From a virus (Duplodnaviria; Caudoviricetes), in IMG/VR virus record IMGVR_UViG_3300038492_000430, positions 1 through 45,078 of that record: DNA of 45,078 bases. One strand, written 5' to 3'. The translations under genes and the position numbers were made by a program. Positions 26,980 to 37,026 of this stretch are shown piece by piece; position 1 is the stretch's first letter, and every line of letters begins with the position of its first letter. The notes beneath the pieces are model-generated. The model did not search any database. It saw only the letters and a list, made by a program, of their open reading frames with translations, and was not told the origin of the DNA.

Positions 26980-27555
26980 ATGGCGACAGACAAAAAGAAA
27001 TCTAAAGAAAAAGATGATTCTATTGAATCGATTCTTGACCAAATCGTAACAGAACTCACAAAAGTATCTGAACGCGTACAAAAGCTAGAGCGAGTTGGAA
27101 AGGAAAAAACAACGCTCGTGGTTGAGCGCCTCGTCAAAGAACAAGAAAAGCTTACAAAAAAACTTCAAGATCATATTGAAGAGTTCACCACCGTACGCAA
27201 GCATGTAAACGATATCCAGGCGGAACCCGTGAAGGAAGAACCAACTCACTCCCCGGAGTCAGAGAAGGTAGTTGATAATAACCAAAAAGCCATCCTTGAT
27301 GTCGCTCGGACCGTGCTAGGTAACGGGGATCCAGAAGCTTGCCAGTTCAATGTTTCAATCGAAAAAGGAGACCCAGGTCTTTCGTTCAAGTTGGTGATTA
27401 CACCACCAGAACACTTGAAAGAACATCGTGACGATAAGCGTGTGAAGATGATTCCTAACTTGGAAGCAGAAACAGGCGTAAAGTCATATGCGGAACAAGT
27501 AAAATCATTCTGTGTCAACTGGGCACAAAAGAATGGGAAACCATATATGGTATAA
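26980..27555 (+). CDS. Hypothetical coiled-coil protein
   Basis: Charged, helical N-terminal half. Confidence 0.75.
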   Translation: MATDKKKSKEKDDSIESILDQIVTELTKVSERVQKLERVGKEKTTLVVERLVKEQEKLTKKLQDHIEEFTTVRKHVNDIQAEPVKEEPTHSPESEKVVDNNQKAILDVARTVLGNGDPEACQFNVSIEKGDPGLSFKLVITPPEHLKEHRDDKRVKMIPNLEAETGVKSYAEQVKSFCVNWAQKNGKPYMV

Positions 27556-27748
27556 TGTTAGTAACAATTTAGACTCCCTCCTGTAGCATACCCAGAAAAG
27601 GTATGCCTGCAGGGTGTCCTTAATGTGGGCGATAGGGGAGTCATCAAACACGTTGGGGGCACCTTGCAGAGATATTGCAAGGTGTCTTAATTTTTGACCA
27701 ACCGAAATACAAGGGAGTCTACAGACCAACCCAATGTAATAGGAGTCT
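27548..27748 (+). promoter_or_regulatory. Extended -10 promoter plus structured 5' leader of the scaffold/capsid operon
   Basis: TGgTATAAT at 27548; stem 27570-79/27712-21 enclosing further hairpins. Confidence 0.6.
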
Positions 27749-28705
27749 ATGAAAGAAAAAGAATTAGAAGTCGAGGAAGTGATTACCCCCGAGGATAATC
27801 AGGACCCCGCCGTTGAACCTGTTGAGGAAACCACAGAAGTAGACGAGCAAGGTGAAGCAGAGGGAGTCGATAAGACCAACCCAGAAGAAGAGCTAAGCGA
27901 AAACGAAGACGTTGAAGTCGAAGAGACAGAAGACGTCGATGAAGAACCTCAAGGGGATAAGATAGTTATAGACGACAAAGAATACTCAGAAGAAGAAATC
28001 GAAAAGATGCTTCTCGCTGGGAAGAAAGTCTATGAATATCAAAAAGAACATCCAGGCTGGGACCCGATTCTGTTGAATAAACAGTACACTCAGGTCTCAC
28101 AAGAACTCGCGAAATACAAACGATCCATCTCAGACGGAGAGAATAAGGAGCCATCTGCCCCAAGGCAACCAGCTCCAAAGCAAAAACAGAATCCGGACGT
28201 CGATCTATCTGAGTTTGATAAGGAACAAGTTGATACGTTCAACAAAATCGCAAAAGCTCTTGGCTTCGTCAGCAAAGACGAACTAGAAAACCTTGAGCTC
28301 CAAAAACGGCAGCAGTCATATGAGCAAGTGAAGAAGCAGCAAATTGACTCGTTTATTGAGAAGTATCCACAGTATCATCCAGAAAATGATCCAGGAGACG
28401 CTCAATGGAACCGTTTGAAGGAAGAGTTCGGATTGTACAAACTCCCCGATGATCCAGGAAAGTTTTACGACCTACTGGAGAAAGCCCACACAAATATTTC
28501 AGGATCATCTTCCTCTGTAGATGCCGAAAAGGTAAAGAACATTATCGCGAAGAAGCGCGTGCAAAAACAAGCACAAACATCTTCTGCTGATGGTGGATCA
28601 GAAGGAACGACGAAAACGAAGAGCTTAACAGGAGTTGAAAAACTCGCACGCTCAGGTGGACTAAAAGGTTTTTCAGACAAAGAATTTGACGAACTATTTA
28701 ACTAA
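27749..28705 (+). CDS. Capsid scaffolding protein
   Basis: Very acidic N-terminus, YTQVSQELA coiled coil, position before the capsid genes. Confidence 0.75.
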   Translation: MKEKELEVEEVITPEDNQDPAVEPVEETTEVDEQGEAEGVDKTNPEEELSENEDVEVEETEDVDEEPQGDKIVIDDKEYSEEEIEKMLLAGKKVYEYQKEHPGWDPILLNKQYTQVSQELAKYKRSISDGENKEPSAPRQPAPKQKQNPDVDLSEFDKEQVDTFNKIAKALGFVSKDELENLELQKRQQSYEQVKKQQIDSFIEKYPQYHPENDPGDAQWNRLKEEFGLYKLPDDPGKFYDLLEKAHTNISGSSSSVDAEKVKNIIAKKRVQKQAQTSSADGGSEGTTKTKSLTGVEKLARSGGLKGFSDKEFDELFN

Positions 28706-28711
28706 ACAAAT

Positions 28712-29152
28712 ATGGCTGGATTTATTCCACTACAAAGTTGGGGTACTGAGCACTCACGGCCTGTCACAATCTCATCTCTAACACTCGCTACTGGTGATTT
28801 GTTGGAATGGGCTGTAGGAACAGCAACTGCTACTGAAGCAGATGCGAATACAGAACACTGGCAGAAGAAGTTTGTTTGCATGGAGCCTGCTACATCGTCT
28901 GATACAGAGGTTCTCGCAATGCAAGTTTTACCGGGTATGTTGTTCGAAGTAGAATCAGCAAACGACTCAGACTCAGCTGACAACGGTGATCGAATGCTCC
29001 TTACGGACAAGAACACTGTAAACAACACAGGAACAGATAGCACTGCAGAAGAAGCGTGCTTCATCCAATTCGGAGTTCTTGGTGCGGCGTCAGACCGTCG
29101 GATCTATGGAGAAATCGTCTATGGATCAGGGGTTAACCCAGACGCAGCTTAA
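28712..29152 (+). CDS. Putative capsid decoration/cement protein
   Basis: 146-aa beta-rich protein between scaffold and major capsid protein. Confidence 0.55.
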   Translation: MAGFIPLQSWGTEHSRPVTISSLTLATGDLLEWAVGTATATEADANTEHWQKKFVCMEPATSSDTEVLAMQVLPGMLFEVESANDSDSADNGDRMLLTDKNTVNNTGTDSTAEEACFIQFGVLGAASDRRIYGEIVYGSGVNPDAA

Positions 29153-29182
29153 ACAACCTAATTCAATAAACATCTTGGTGAT

Positions 29183-30187
29183 ATGGCTAGTAGCCCAATG
29201 CACCTCCAGCAAGCACAGGATCTGATCGACGTTTCGATTCAGAAGATGATGGCGAAGAAAACGAACCTAGAACTAGGTCCTATCATGCGGGTTTATAACG
29301 AAGAAGTAGCAGAAGACTACTACGAGAAGGATTCAGGTCTTTCAGGATTCGGAGAAGCCGCACGCTTGACGGAGAACGCAATTATTACATCGGAGTCACC
29401 TGTTCAAACGTTTGACCAAACGTACACACAGGTATTCCACGGAAAACTTGCTGCCTTTACAATGCAAGATTGGAAGTACGGTATTCGAAAGCGAAAGCTT
29501 GAAGGTGTCGTGAACGACCTCGTTGGAGCAGCAAACCGTAAGAAGGAACGTCTTCTTACAGAGTATCTTGAAAAATCAAAAGAAGGTACAAACTCTTACT
29601 CAGTGTCAGACGGTTCAGGAAACTGGACAAAGACGCTAACGGGTGGAGATTCGCTTCCACTTATTCACACAGCTCACACGCGTGAGGATGGTGGTGCAAC
29701 TTGGAACAACGAAGTAACAGATGGTTCAACGGCTAACATGGACTTCGCGCTTAACGCGTTGAAGGCTGCGTACCGAACTGGATCACTTATCGTTGACCCG
29801 AAAGGAAACTTGATGGACGTAAACTACGATCTATTTGTTTTCCGAAAAGGATCAGACATTAGCTTTACAGCAATGGAGATCAATGGTGCCCTCGCACGAG
29901 GTCGTCAACCGCAAAGTCCAAATCGTGACGGGAATCCGTTCGGGGCTTTCGAAATCTTGACTCTTCCATACCTAAGCACTGACGCCAGCGCTTACTACTG
30001 GGGATTCGACACAAGTCTCATGGGAGATATGCATGGTCTTCAATGCCGAACTTCGCAAGGAGTAGAGCTTGACAGTCCACACATCGACTACAAGACAAAG
30101 ACAATCTACGTTTCGTCTACGATGGCATTTGACTACGGTCACAATGACGCTCGTAACGTTTGTGGATCAGATGGTACAAACTCATAG
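29183..30187 (+). CDS. Major capsid protein (HK97 fold)
   Basis: 334 aa; GLSGFG...E, GGDSLPLIHTAH, D..GN motifs; position; downstream hairpin. Confidence 0.8.
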   Translation: MASSPMHLQQAQDLIDVSIQKMMAKKTNLELGPIMRVYNEEVAEDYYEKDSGLSGFGEAARLTENAIITSESPVQTFDQTYTQVFHGKLAAFTMQDWKYGIRKRKLEGVVNDLVGAANRKKERLLTEYLEKSKEGTNSYSVSDGSGNWTKTLTGGDSLPLIHTAHTREDGGATWNNEVTDGSTANMDFALNALKAAYRTGSLIVDPKGNLMDVNYDLFVFRKGSDISFTAMEINGALARGRQPQSPNRDGNPFGAFEILTLPYLSTDASAYYWGFDTSLMGDMHGLQCRTSQGVELDSPHIDYKTKTIYVSSTMAFDYGHNDARNVCGSDGTNS

Positions 30188-30193
30188 TATCTT

Positions 30194-30227
30194 CAGGTAG
30201 TACCCTCCTCCCGGAGGGTGCTCCTGA
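30194..30227 (+). terminator. Hairpin after the capsid gene (attenuator or mRNA stabiliser)
   Basis: agtaccctc/gagggtgct stem; no clear U-tract. Confidence 0.5.
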
Positions 30228-30237
30228 GTATATTATT

Positions 30238-30651
30238 ATGTCTCGAACTACAAGAACAATTATTCCTATTCTCGATGGTGTTTCCGCAAACGGAGTCGGA
30301 GCTTCAGCTGATGTACGTGAATATCGTCACATCGTCTTCCAAGTTTCTACAACCGCTTCCGCGACAGCAACGATTAAATTCCAATGCTCTCTTTCCAATG
30401 TAGCGCCTGACTTTAGCGCAGCGCAGTCTACAGATAACCATTGGGATTATCTTGGCGTATACGATCTTCAAGATGCGAGCGCAGGAGATCAGCCAGTACC
30501 AGGGGCGACAGGTGTTGAATTCTCCTCAGTCTCAGTTGTTGACTCATGCCGTAACTTCCTCGCAAACGCGGACTACCTCGCATGGGTAAATGTGGAAGTC
30601 TCAGGCTACTCTGCAGGGGATATTACCGTTAACGCAATCGCAGCAAACTAA
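30238..30651 (+). CDS. Putative virion structural protein
   Basis: Start reassigned to ATG 30238; beta-rich. Confidence 0.65.
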   Translation: MSRTTRTIIPILDGVSANGVGASADVREYRHIVFQVSTTASATATIKFQCSLSNVAPDFSAAQSTDNHWDYLGVYDLQDASAGDQPVPGATGVEFSSVSVVDSCRNFLANADYLAWVNVEVSGYSAGDITVNAIAAN

Positions 30652-30654
30652 TCT

Positions 30655-32295
30655 ATGGCATTTAAAGCACCAAGATTTTCAGTAAACATTTCCATCGACG
30701 AGATCGAAGAGATCGAAAAAGGTGGCTTAATCGTTGGGGACGGATCCGGTGCTCCAGCTATTGTTAGTGTAGGATCAAACGATTTACCACTCGTCGCTGA
30801 CTCTTTTCAACCCGAAGGCGTTACCTGGAAAGCTCTACCGATCGCAGGCGGGGGTACAGGACAAACAACACAAACAGCAGCGATGGATGCGCTTTCTCCG
30901 ACAACAACAAAAGGAGACATTCTCGTTGACAATGGAACGAACGTCATCCGCTTACCCATTGGTACAGACGGTCAAGTTCTTACCGCAGACTCAGGGGAAG
31001 CCTCTGGGCTTATTTGGTCTACAGCGGCAGGAGGAGGCGGAGATGTTTCAGGGCCAGTTTCATCAACGAACAACGCAATCGTACGCTGGGATGGTACAGG
31101 TGGAAATACCGTACAAAACTCAGGAGTAACGATTGACGATTCTGACAACCTCAGCGGCGTGAACAACGTTACAGGTTCTGATACAAACTTCGTAACAGGA
31201 ACAGCAGGGACTAACGGAAACGTCCCTCAATGGAATGCTGACGGAGACATTGTAGACGGCGGCGTAGCCACATCCGATATTGTTACACCTTCCAGTACGG
31301 ACACCTTTACAAACAAAACATTAGGGGGCGACTTACTAATGTCTTCTGATGGAGCACACGATATTGGTACAGCATCAGTAGGTACTGGAGATATCCACGT
31401 AGGTGGTACGATGGGTGTTATTTTTAATAATAATATTACAATTGCAAGGGACTCGGGTGGTACAGCACGACTTCTTTTCACGGGAAGTGCAGGAGGATAT
31501 CGGTTTGACGACCAATTACAACCTACAACCAACGACGGCGCAGAACTAGGATCTGCGAGTCTGGCATGGTCTGATCTATTTCTAGCATCTGGGGCTGTTG
31601 TCAACTTCAATAACGGTGATGTCACAATGACTCACTCAGTAAACGCCTTAGATATTGATGGAGGAGTTGTTGACTTTGGATCTACACCAACAGTTAGTGG
31701 TTCAGATGTTTATTACACAGGAGGAACAGATGTTGCTATCGCGGACGGTGGTACAGGTGCTTCAACAGCCTCTGCAGCTTTCAGTAACTTGAAACAAGCA
31801 GCTACAACTTCAGCAACTGGAGTAGTAGAGCTGGCAACATCAGCAGAGGTAACGACAGGAACTGACACATCACGCGCAATTACACCAGACGCTTTAGCAG
31901 GGTCTGAATATGGACAACGTATTATTGAGATCGCTCTTGTTGATAACAATACTGATACGGCTGTCGCAGATGGTGTTGGGGACATCTTCTGGACTGTTCC
32001 AGAAGAACTAGATGGCTGGAACATAGTTAACGCTCATGCAGCTGTCGGGACAGCTGGTACTACAGGCACAACAGATGTCCAAATTCACAACGTAACTTCT
32101 GCTGCTGATGTTCTTTCTACAAAGATCACAATCGACTCAGGGGAAACTTCTAGTTATACTGCAGCAACTGCGCCTGTTATCAACGCGGCAGAAGACGATC
32201 TCGCTACAGGAGATCAAATTCGCTTCGATGTGGATGACGTCAGCACTACAGCAGCAAAAGGTCTAACAGTAATCTTAACCGTCCAACTACCATAA
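30655..32295 (+). CDS. Tail/head fibre protein
   Basis: G/T/S/D-rich repeats; LPIAGGGTG/IADGGTG and ATTSATGVVELAT fibre-type motifs. Confidence 0.75.
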   Translation: MAFKAPRFSVNISIDEIEEIEKGGLIVGDGSGAPAIVSVGSNDLPLVADSFQPEGVTWKALPIAGGGTGQTTQTAAMDALSPTTTKGDILVDNGTNVIRLPIGTDGQVLTADSGEASGLIWSTAAGGGGDVSGPVSSTNNAIVRWDGTGGNTVQNSGVTIDDSDNLSGVNNVTGSDTNFVTGTAGTNGNVPQWNADGDIVDGGVATSDIVTPSSTDTFTNKTLGGDLLMSSDGAHDIGTASVGTGDIHVGGTMGVIFNNNITIARDSGGTARLLFTGSAGGYRFDDQLQPTTNDGAELGSASLAWSDLFLASGAVVNFNNGDVTMTHSVNALDIDGGVVDFGSTPTVSGSDVYYTGGTDVAIADGGTGASTASAAFSNLKQAATTSATGVVELATSAEVTTGTDTSRAITPDALAGSEYGQRIIEIALVDNNTDTAVADGVGDIFWTVPEELDGWNIVNAHAAVGTAGTTGTTDVQIHNVTSAADVLSTKITIDSGETSSYTAATAPVINAAEDDLATGDQIRFDVDDVSTTAAKGLTVILTVQLP

Positions 32296-32296
32296 T

Positions 32297-33142
32297 ATGG
32301 CTGCAGGAGATAAAATCATCATAGCTGGAGACTCAACCGATTTCGCTTATGGGTATGATTTATCTACCGCTTACGACCTGAGTACAGGTTCATATGCGAG
32401 TGAGAGTTTCAACTTCGACTCAGAAGATGAGCAACCATACAGCATCTTTTTTCGCGACAACGGAGAGCAGATGTACATGCTAGGTGTAGACAACGACACG
32501 GTATACCAATACACACTTTCCACACCTTGGGATGTGAGTACAGCTAGTTATGACAGCAAAAGCGCTTCCATTGGTACAGAATTACCTACACCTGCAGGTT
32601 TAGCGTTTAAGTCAGATGGTTCTCGGATGTATGTATGTGGGCGTGATGCGAGCATTGATGGAATCGTCGCTGCTTACGATCTAAGTACGGATTGGGATGT
32701 AAGTACAGCTAGTTATGCTAGTGAGCAGTACGATACAGAGACTGAAACAGGGCCGGAACCTTCTGAGGTACGGTTTAATAGCGACGGCTCCAAGATGTTT
32801 GTGCTCTCAGGCGACAATGAAGAGCTTTATGAATACGATCTAAGTACGGATTGGGATGTAAGCACAGCTAGTTATAGTAGTAACTCTTTAGATGTATCCG
32901 GACAAATGAGCTCTCCTTTCGGTTTTGACTTCAGTACAGATGGAGAGTATGTGATGGTCATGTCTACTAACACAGACACTATTTATGGGTATAATGTCAC
33001 AACAGGGTTTGATTTGAGCTCAACTTCATATAATAGCGATACATTGAGTCTCGGAAGCCAAGATGGGACACCTCGTGGGATGTTTGTGGAAAATGGTGGG
33101 GGTGGAGGAGCAACATTCGTGCCCAAAGTAATGACATTCTAA
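32297..33142 (+). CDS. Beta-propeller repeat virion protein
   Basis: Five Y-x-L-S-T-x-W-D-V-S-T-A-S-Y-like repeats with F..DG..M segments. Confidence 0.75.
   Translation: MAAGDKIIIAGDSTDFAYGYDLSTAYDLSTGSYASESFNFDSEDEQPYSIFFRDNGEQMYMLGVDNDTVYQYTLSTPWDVSTASYDSKSASIGTELPTPAGLAFKSDGSRMYVCGRDASIDGIVAAYDLSTDWDVSTASYASEQYDTETETGPEPSEVRFNSDGSKMFVLSGDNEELYEYDLSTDWDVSTASYSSNSLDVSGQMSSPFGFDFSTDGEYVMVMSTNTDTIYGYNVTTGFDLSSTSYNSDTLSLGSQDGTPRGMFVENGGGGGATFVPKVMTF
32675..32875 (+). repeat. 42-bp intragenic direct repeat (32675-32716 / 32834-32875)
   Basis: 41 of 42 bases identical. Confidence 0.9.
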
Positions 33143-33143
33143 T

Positions 33144-33422
33144 ATGGCAACATATTTTTGTCTGGGGTGCGGGAAAACAACTGAAGGAGAAAACATGCAG
33201 GGGAGTGAATGCGAGTGCGGGAATGGTATACTGAACTCAACAACATACGACGACATCCACAAAGAATTTAATGATCGCGTGAAAGACATTGAAACCTTAA
33301 AGGAAGGAGCGGCTCCAGAGGAGAAGCGCAAGATTTTGCAAAAGTATCCTAAAGGAGTTTTCCAGTATAGTTACCGTGACTTGAAACGATTACACAATCC
33401 TCAATATAAACTAAAAAAATAA
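33144..33422 (+). CDS. Small zinc-ribbon protein
   Basis: CLGCG...CECG. Confidence 0.7.
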   Translation: MATYFCLGCGKTTEGENMQGSECECGNGILNSTTYDDIHKEFNDRVKDIETLKEGAAPEEKRKILQKYPKGVFQYSYRDLKRLHNPQYKLKK

Positions 33423-33423
33423 T

Positions 33424-33768
33424 ATGAAAAACTTTGACTCATTAGAAAAAGATACGAGTGAGCGAACAATCCACGTTGGAACGCATGTGCGGATGAATGA
33501 TGCGACAGGAACTCCTGTAGAGTCTCCAGTCGCTCTCACAGACTCAATCACAACAATTAACGTTCCAGATACAGCAGCGGAGATGTTTGTCTCAGGTGCT
33601 GTTGCATTCCGTTTCGGAGTAGATGATGACCTCTCAGACGGGTATACACGTGTTCCAGCAGATGTTGGACTTGTGATTCCGGTTGCGAAAACAGATACCC
33701 TCTACTTTCGAGATGATGGCGACAACGGAAATCTTTCATTCTTCTTTATCGAAATAGCACAAAAATAG
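33424..33768 (+). CDS. Putative virion protein
   Basis: Beta-rich ORF in the structural operon. Confidence 0.65.
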   Translation: MKNFDSLEKDTSERTIHVGTHVRMNDATGTPVESPVALTDSITTINVPDTAAEMFVSGAVAFRFGVDDDLSDGYTRVPADVGLVIPVAKTDTLYFRDDGDNGNLSFFFIEIAQK

Positions 33769-33769
33769 T

Positions 33770-34618
33770 ATGCGTGGCTTAAGGTCCGGACTAGGGATGA
33801 ATCCTCAACGTTTCATAAAAGCAACTGGTGGCTTTTCACCAAGTGATTTATCTAATCTTTATCTGTGGTTCGATTTCAGCGATACATCGACGATGACTCT
33901 TGATAGTTCCAGCATTACTTCCATCACGGATAAGATTCAGGGTTATACCGTTTCACAAGGAACAGCATCCAACCAGCCAACTCTTACAACATTAGGAGGT
34001 GTGAATGTTGGTTCGTTTGATTATGTTAACGACCTTTTGATTAATACTTCTTCTAACCCTTTTGATGGGACTGAAACAAACTTAGACTTTATTGCTTTAG
34101 TTCACTACCCGTCAAACCCAACAGGTAACACGGTTGTTTGGGGGCTTGGCGATACATCTGGTGATGGGGCTGGGAACGCAGTTGCCTGTTACCAATTTAA
34201 CTCGACAGACCGCATTAGTGGTTCGAGGGGAGATAGTCGAATGATTCAACGACGAAATAGTGGTAACCCTGATCGCATTCAAGGTTCAACGACGAATGCA
34301 ACAAGTGCAGGAGATACGCATTTACTTCACGTAGTAGTGGATGATGGAAATCCGTGGGCATTATTCACGGATGGTGTTTCTCAATCGATCACAATATATC
34401 AGGGCTCTAATTCAGGGGATACACCAGGTGATTGGATGGCAGAAACAAACGATCACGCATTTTGCATTGGTACAGCAGAAACAACAGGTACGATCGCCCA
34501 CATGGGTGGATATATTCTTCAACTATTCTGTTTTGAAGGAACGAACTTAGATGCTGCCGGGAAAGATAAATTAACCGATTGGATCAATAATTTATACGGG
34601 ACCTCCTTCTCTTACTAA
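33770..34618 (+). CDS. LamG/ConA-like lectin-domain virion protein
   Basis: FSPSDLSNLYLWFDFSD...QGTASNQP...LFTDG...IG pattern. Confidence 0.7.
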   Translation: MRGLRSGLGMNPQRFIKATGGFSPSDLSNLYLWFDFSDTSTMTLDSSSITSITDKIQGYTVSQGTASNQPTLTTLGGVNVGSFDYVNDLLINTSSNPFDGTETNLDFIALVHYPSNPTGNTVVWGLGDTSGDGAGNAVACYQFNSTDRISGSRGDSRMIQRRNSGNPDRIQGSTTNATSAGDTHLLHVVVDDGNPWALFTDGVSQSITIYQGSNSGDTPGDWMAETNDHAFCIGTAETTGTIAHMGGYILQLFCFEGTNLDAAGKDKLTDWINNLYGTSFSY

Positions 34619-34619
34619 T

Positions 34620-35120
34620 ATGCAAAAATTTATCGGAGCAATCCACAAATCAATTAAAGAAGAAGTAAACAAATGGATTGAGGAGAACATCCCTAACGCA
34701 GGTCCAGATAACTTCTCGACACCTCTCTACCTCTTCCCACAAGATCCAGACGATCCGGAACAGGACTTTGACGAGTGCGTCACTTCTTGGCGCCTTGATC
34801 CCGAGCCACTTCAGAAACTCGTGGACTATATGGAAGCGACTTATCCAGACAAGTTCCGTTACTCAATGACAGAGCTAGGACTCGAATCAGATCGCATTGA
34901 AGAAGATAAGGCCGAGATCAAGAAAGAAAAGCCTGTACGAGCAAAAGAGATCTTCATGAAGTACATGACAGAAAAAGAAGCTAAAGCACTGGAACAGAAA
35001 AAGAGTGCAACAAAAGAAGAGCAAGCGCTAATTAATAAGAAATTAGCTGCAATGGTAGAAGAGAAAATGAAAGTAGAAGCAGAACTAGACGCAAATGCAG
35101 CGAAGCTAAAACGCAAATAA
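34620..35120 (+). CDS. Hypothetical protein
   Basis: ORF with a charged C-terminal coiled coil. Confidence 0.7.
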   Translation: MQKFIGAIHKSIKEEVNKWIEENIPNAGPDNFSTPLYLFPQDPDDPEQDFDECVTSWRLDPEPLQKLVDYMEATYPDKFRYSMTELGLESDRIEEDKAEIKKEKPVRAKEIFMKYMTEKEAKALEQKKSATKEEQALINKKLAAMVEEKMKVEAELDANAAKLKRK

Positions 35121-35121
35121 T

Positions 35122-35403
35122 ATGGAAGGCATAGAAAACAATAGAGATGAAATCATCATCCGTGTTGACGAGCGCACGAGCAGAAACACAAAGCAACTTG
35201 CCGCGCTCAATAAAAAGATGGACGACGGCTTCCATAAAATTGAGAACCAGTTAAATAAAATTAACTCCATCCCTCAAATCGTTGCAGACCATGAACGTCG
35301 AATTACTGACATGGAGAGCGATCGAAAGTGGCTGACACGATATGTGATAGGTGCAGTTATTCTCTCTGGTCTAGGCTTTATTTTATCTTCAGGAGTAGTA
35401 TGA
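35122..35403 (+). CDS. XhlA-like coiled-coil protein with C-terminal TM (holin-like)
   Basis: Coiled coil, then KWLTRYVIGAVIL TM segment; upstream of the endolysin. Confidence 0.65.
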   Translation: MEGIENNRDEIIIRVDERTSRNTKQLAALNKKMDDGFHKIENQLNKINSIPQIVADHERRITDMESDRKWLTRYVIGAVILSGLGFILSSGVV

Positions 35404-35867
35404 AGAAGTTTATAGAAAAACTTAGTAAATGGGAGGCGAGACTTCTCAAAATCTTATTACGAGTTGGGACCTTCCTCCAACTCGGCATTGGCGTTGCTGT
35501 TATCTTACTTCTTATTTTTCCACTTCAAGTTGCGGCTTTCAAAGAAGTGGATGGTTACGACTTTGTTGTAGATGCGGATACCTTACAAGAAGGAGAGGTT
35601 ATACCAATTAAGATAGATTATTGCCTTTACTATAAAGGTCGAGCAGACTTCACGTACCGCATTATTGGGGAAAATAAATTCACATATCCAGAACTTTCTG
35701 TAAACGTGAAGAAGGGATGCGGCGTGTCGGAGCCACGTACTCTATCGATTCCTTACGGCCAACTCCCGCCAGGACAATACTATCTTCAACTGGATGTGAA
35801 ATATATCGTGAATCCATTCAAGCAACCAGAAAAGGACTGGCGTTCTAATCCATTCTTTATCGAATAA
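35400..35867 (+). CDS. Membrane-anchored protein (lysis cluster)
   Basis: ATG 35400 overlaps the upstream stop; TM helix plus beta-sandwich-like domain with a Cys pair. Confidence 0.65.
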   Translation: MKKFIEKLSKWEARLLKILLRVGTFLQLGIGVAVILLLIFPLQVAAFKEVDGYDFVVDADTLQEGEVIPIKIDYCLYYKGRADFTYRIIGENKFTYPELSVNVKKGCGVSEPRTLSIPYGQLPPGQYYLQLDVKYIVNPFKQPEKDWRSNPFFIE

Positions 35868-35868
35868 T

Positions 35869-36561
35869 ATGAAAATACTCTCGCAACTAGACCCAGAGTG
35901 GTCAGGAAACTTTATCGGAGCATCAACGTCTCGTATTGGGCGTTGGGGTTGTACGATCACGTCGATCTCAATGATTTCTGATTACTTCAATGATTACAAA
36001 TCTCCCGCGGAACTCGCGGGAGATGCGCATAACTTCGTGAACGATCTCGTTCATTGGCGTAATATTTCAACGAAGTTCAAGAACTTTAAGTTCGTGAAGC
36101 GAGCATACGGGACAACATCTTCGCTACTTCCAGAGATCAAGGAAGCGTTGAAAGATCCGCGTCGTGCAGTTCTTGTCGAAGTAGATAACCGTACACATTG
36201 GGTTGTGGCCTATAGCCTCAAACGTTTCTCGGGCCGTCTAGCTGTAGCTGATCCGCTTGGGGGAAAGATTGTCGACGTACTACGCAAGTATCACAACATC
36301 ACCGGCGCAGCCTTTTTTGAAGCAACAGACGAATGGGAGAAGCCAACGAATCCGGCGCCTCAACCAATCACAAGTAAGTTGATCAAATCAGAGAACGACC
36401 CAGAGATCTACTTCTACAATGGTAAGAAGAAGTTCCACTTCCCGAACTGGTACTCATTCGTTGAATTAGGCGGTGATATGAAGCGTGTGCAAACGATCAG
36501 TAAAGATCTTTTGAACAGTATTGAAGACGGGGAGCCGATTACAAACGTCAAGCCTTTATGA
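35869..36561 (+). CDS. Peptidase C39-like endolysin with C-terminal binding repeat
   Basis: SQLDPEW, WGCTITS (Cys), HWVV (His), ADP (Asp). Confidence 0.75.
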   Translation: MKILSQLDPEWSGNFIGASTSRIGRWGCTITSISMISDYFNDYKSPAELAGDAHNFVNDLVHWRNISTKFKNFKFVKRAYGTTSSLLPEIKEALKDPRRAVLVEVDNRTHWVVAYSLKRFSGRLAVADPLGGKIVDVLRKYHNITGAAFFEATDEWEKPTNPAPQPITSKLIKSENDPEIYFYNGKKKFHFPNWYSFVELGGDMKRVQTISKDLLNSIEDGEPITNVKPL

Positions 36562-36693
36562 TCCGTAGAGAAGAATCCGGTTGGGTGTTGTATAATAAAA
36601 GAGGGGATAGAGTGATAGGTACTCATAAAACCTACAAAGATGCGAAGGCACAAGAGCGTGCTATCCAGTATTCTAAAAGTAAAAAGAAATAAT

Positions 36694-36822
36694 ATGCCAA
36701 AGAAACGACTCAAAAAGTCTATGGGGAAGATGAAGCGGAAACTATCAAATCGAGAGGCTGCGATTCTTCGTTCTGTAAACGCGAACAGAAGTAAATCAAA
36801 TCGTAAACCACTAAAGTATTAG
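36694..36822 (+). CDS. Small very basic protein (42 aa)
   Basis: MPKKRLKK...; TATAAT upstream at 36591. Confidence 0.6.
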   Translation: MPKKRLKKSMGKMKRKLSNREAAILRSVNANRSKSNRKPLKY

Positions 36823-36823
36823 T

Positions 36824-37024
36824 ATGGAAAAAACATTCAACAAAATCATGGATCGTATTGATGGGTATAAAACGTATATCATTATCGTTCTTGCACTCAT
36901 CACCGTGACGCTAGGTCACTTCAGTGTACTCGCACCAGAAGAAGTTACTTCAATCCTAGTATATCTAGGTCTTAGTGGACTCGCTGCTCTGCGGTCTACA
37001 GCAAGCAAAATCATCAAAAAATAA
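36824..37024 (+). CDS. Putative holin (2 TM)
   Basis: GYKTYI + two TM helices + basic tail. Confidence 0.65.
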   Translation: MEKTFNKIMDRIDGYKTYIIIVLALITVTLGHFSVLAPEEVTSILVYLGLSGLAALRSTASKIIKK

Positions 37025-37026
37025 AT

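Noticed and set aside
32675-32875. Possible DGR template/variable repeat pair
   Set aside because: The single mismatch is T/C at a synonymous site, both copies are in-frame protein repeats, and no reverse transcriptase is present.
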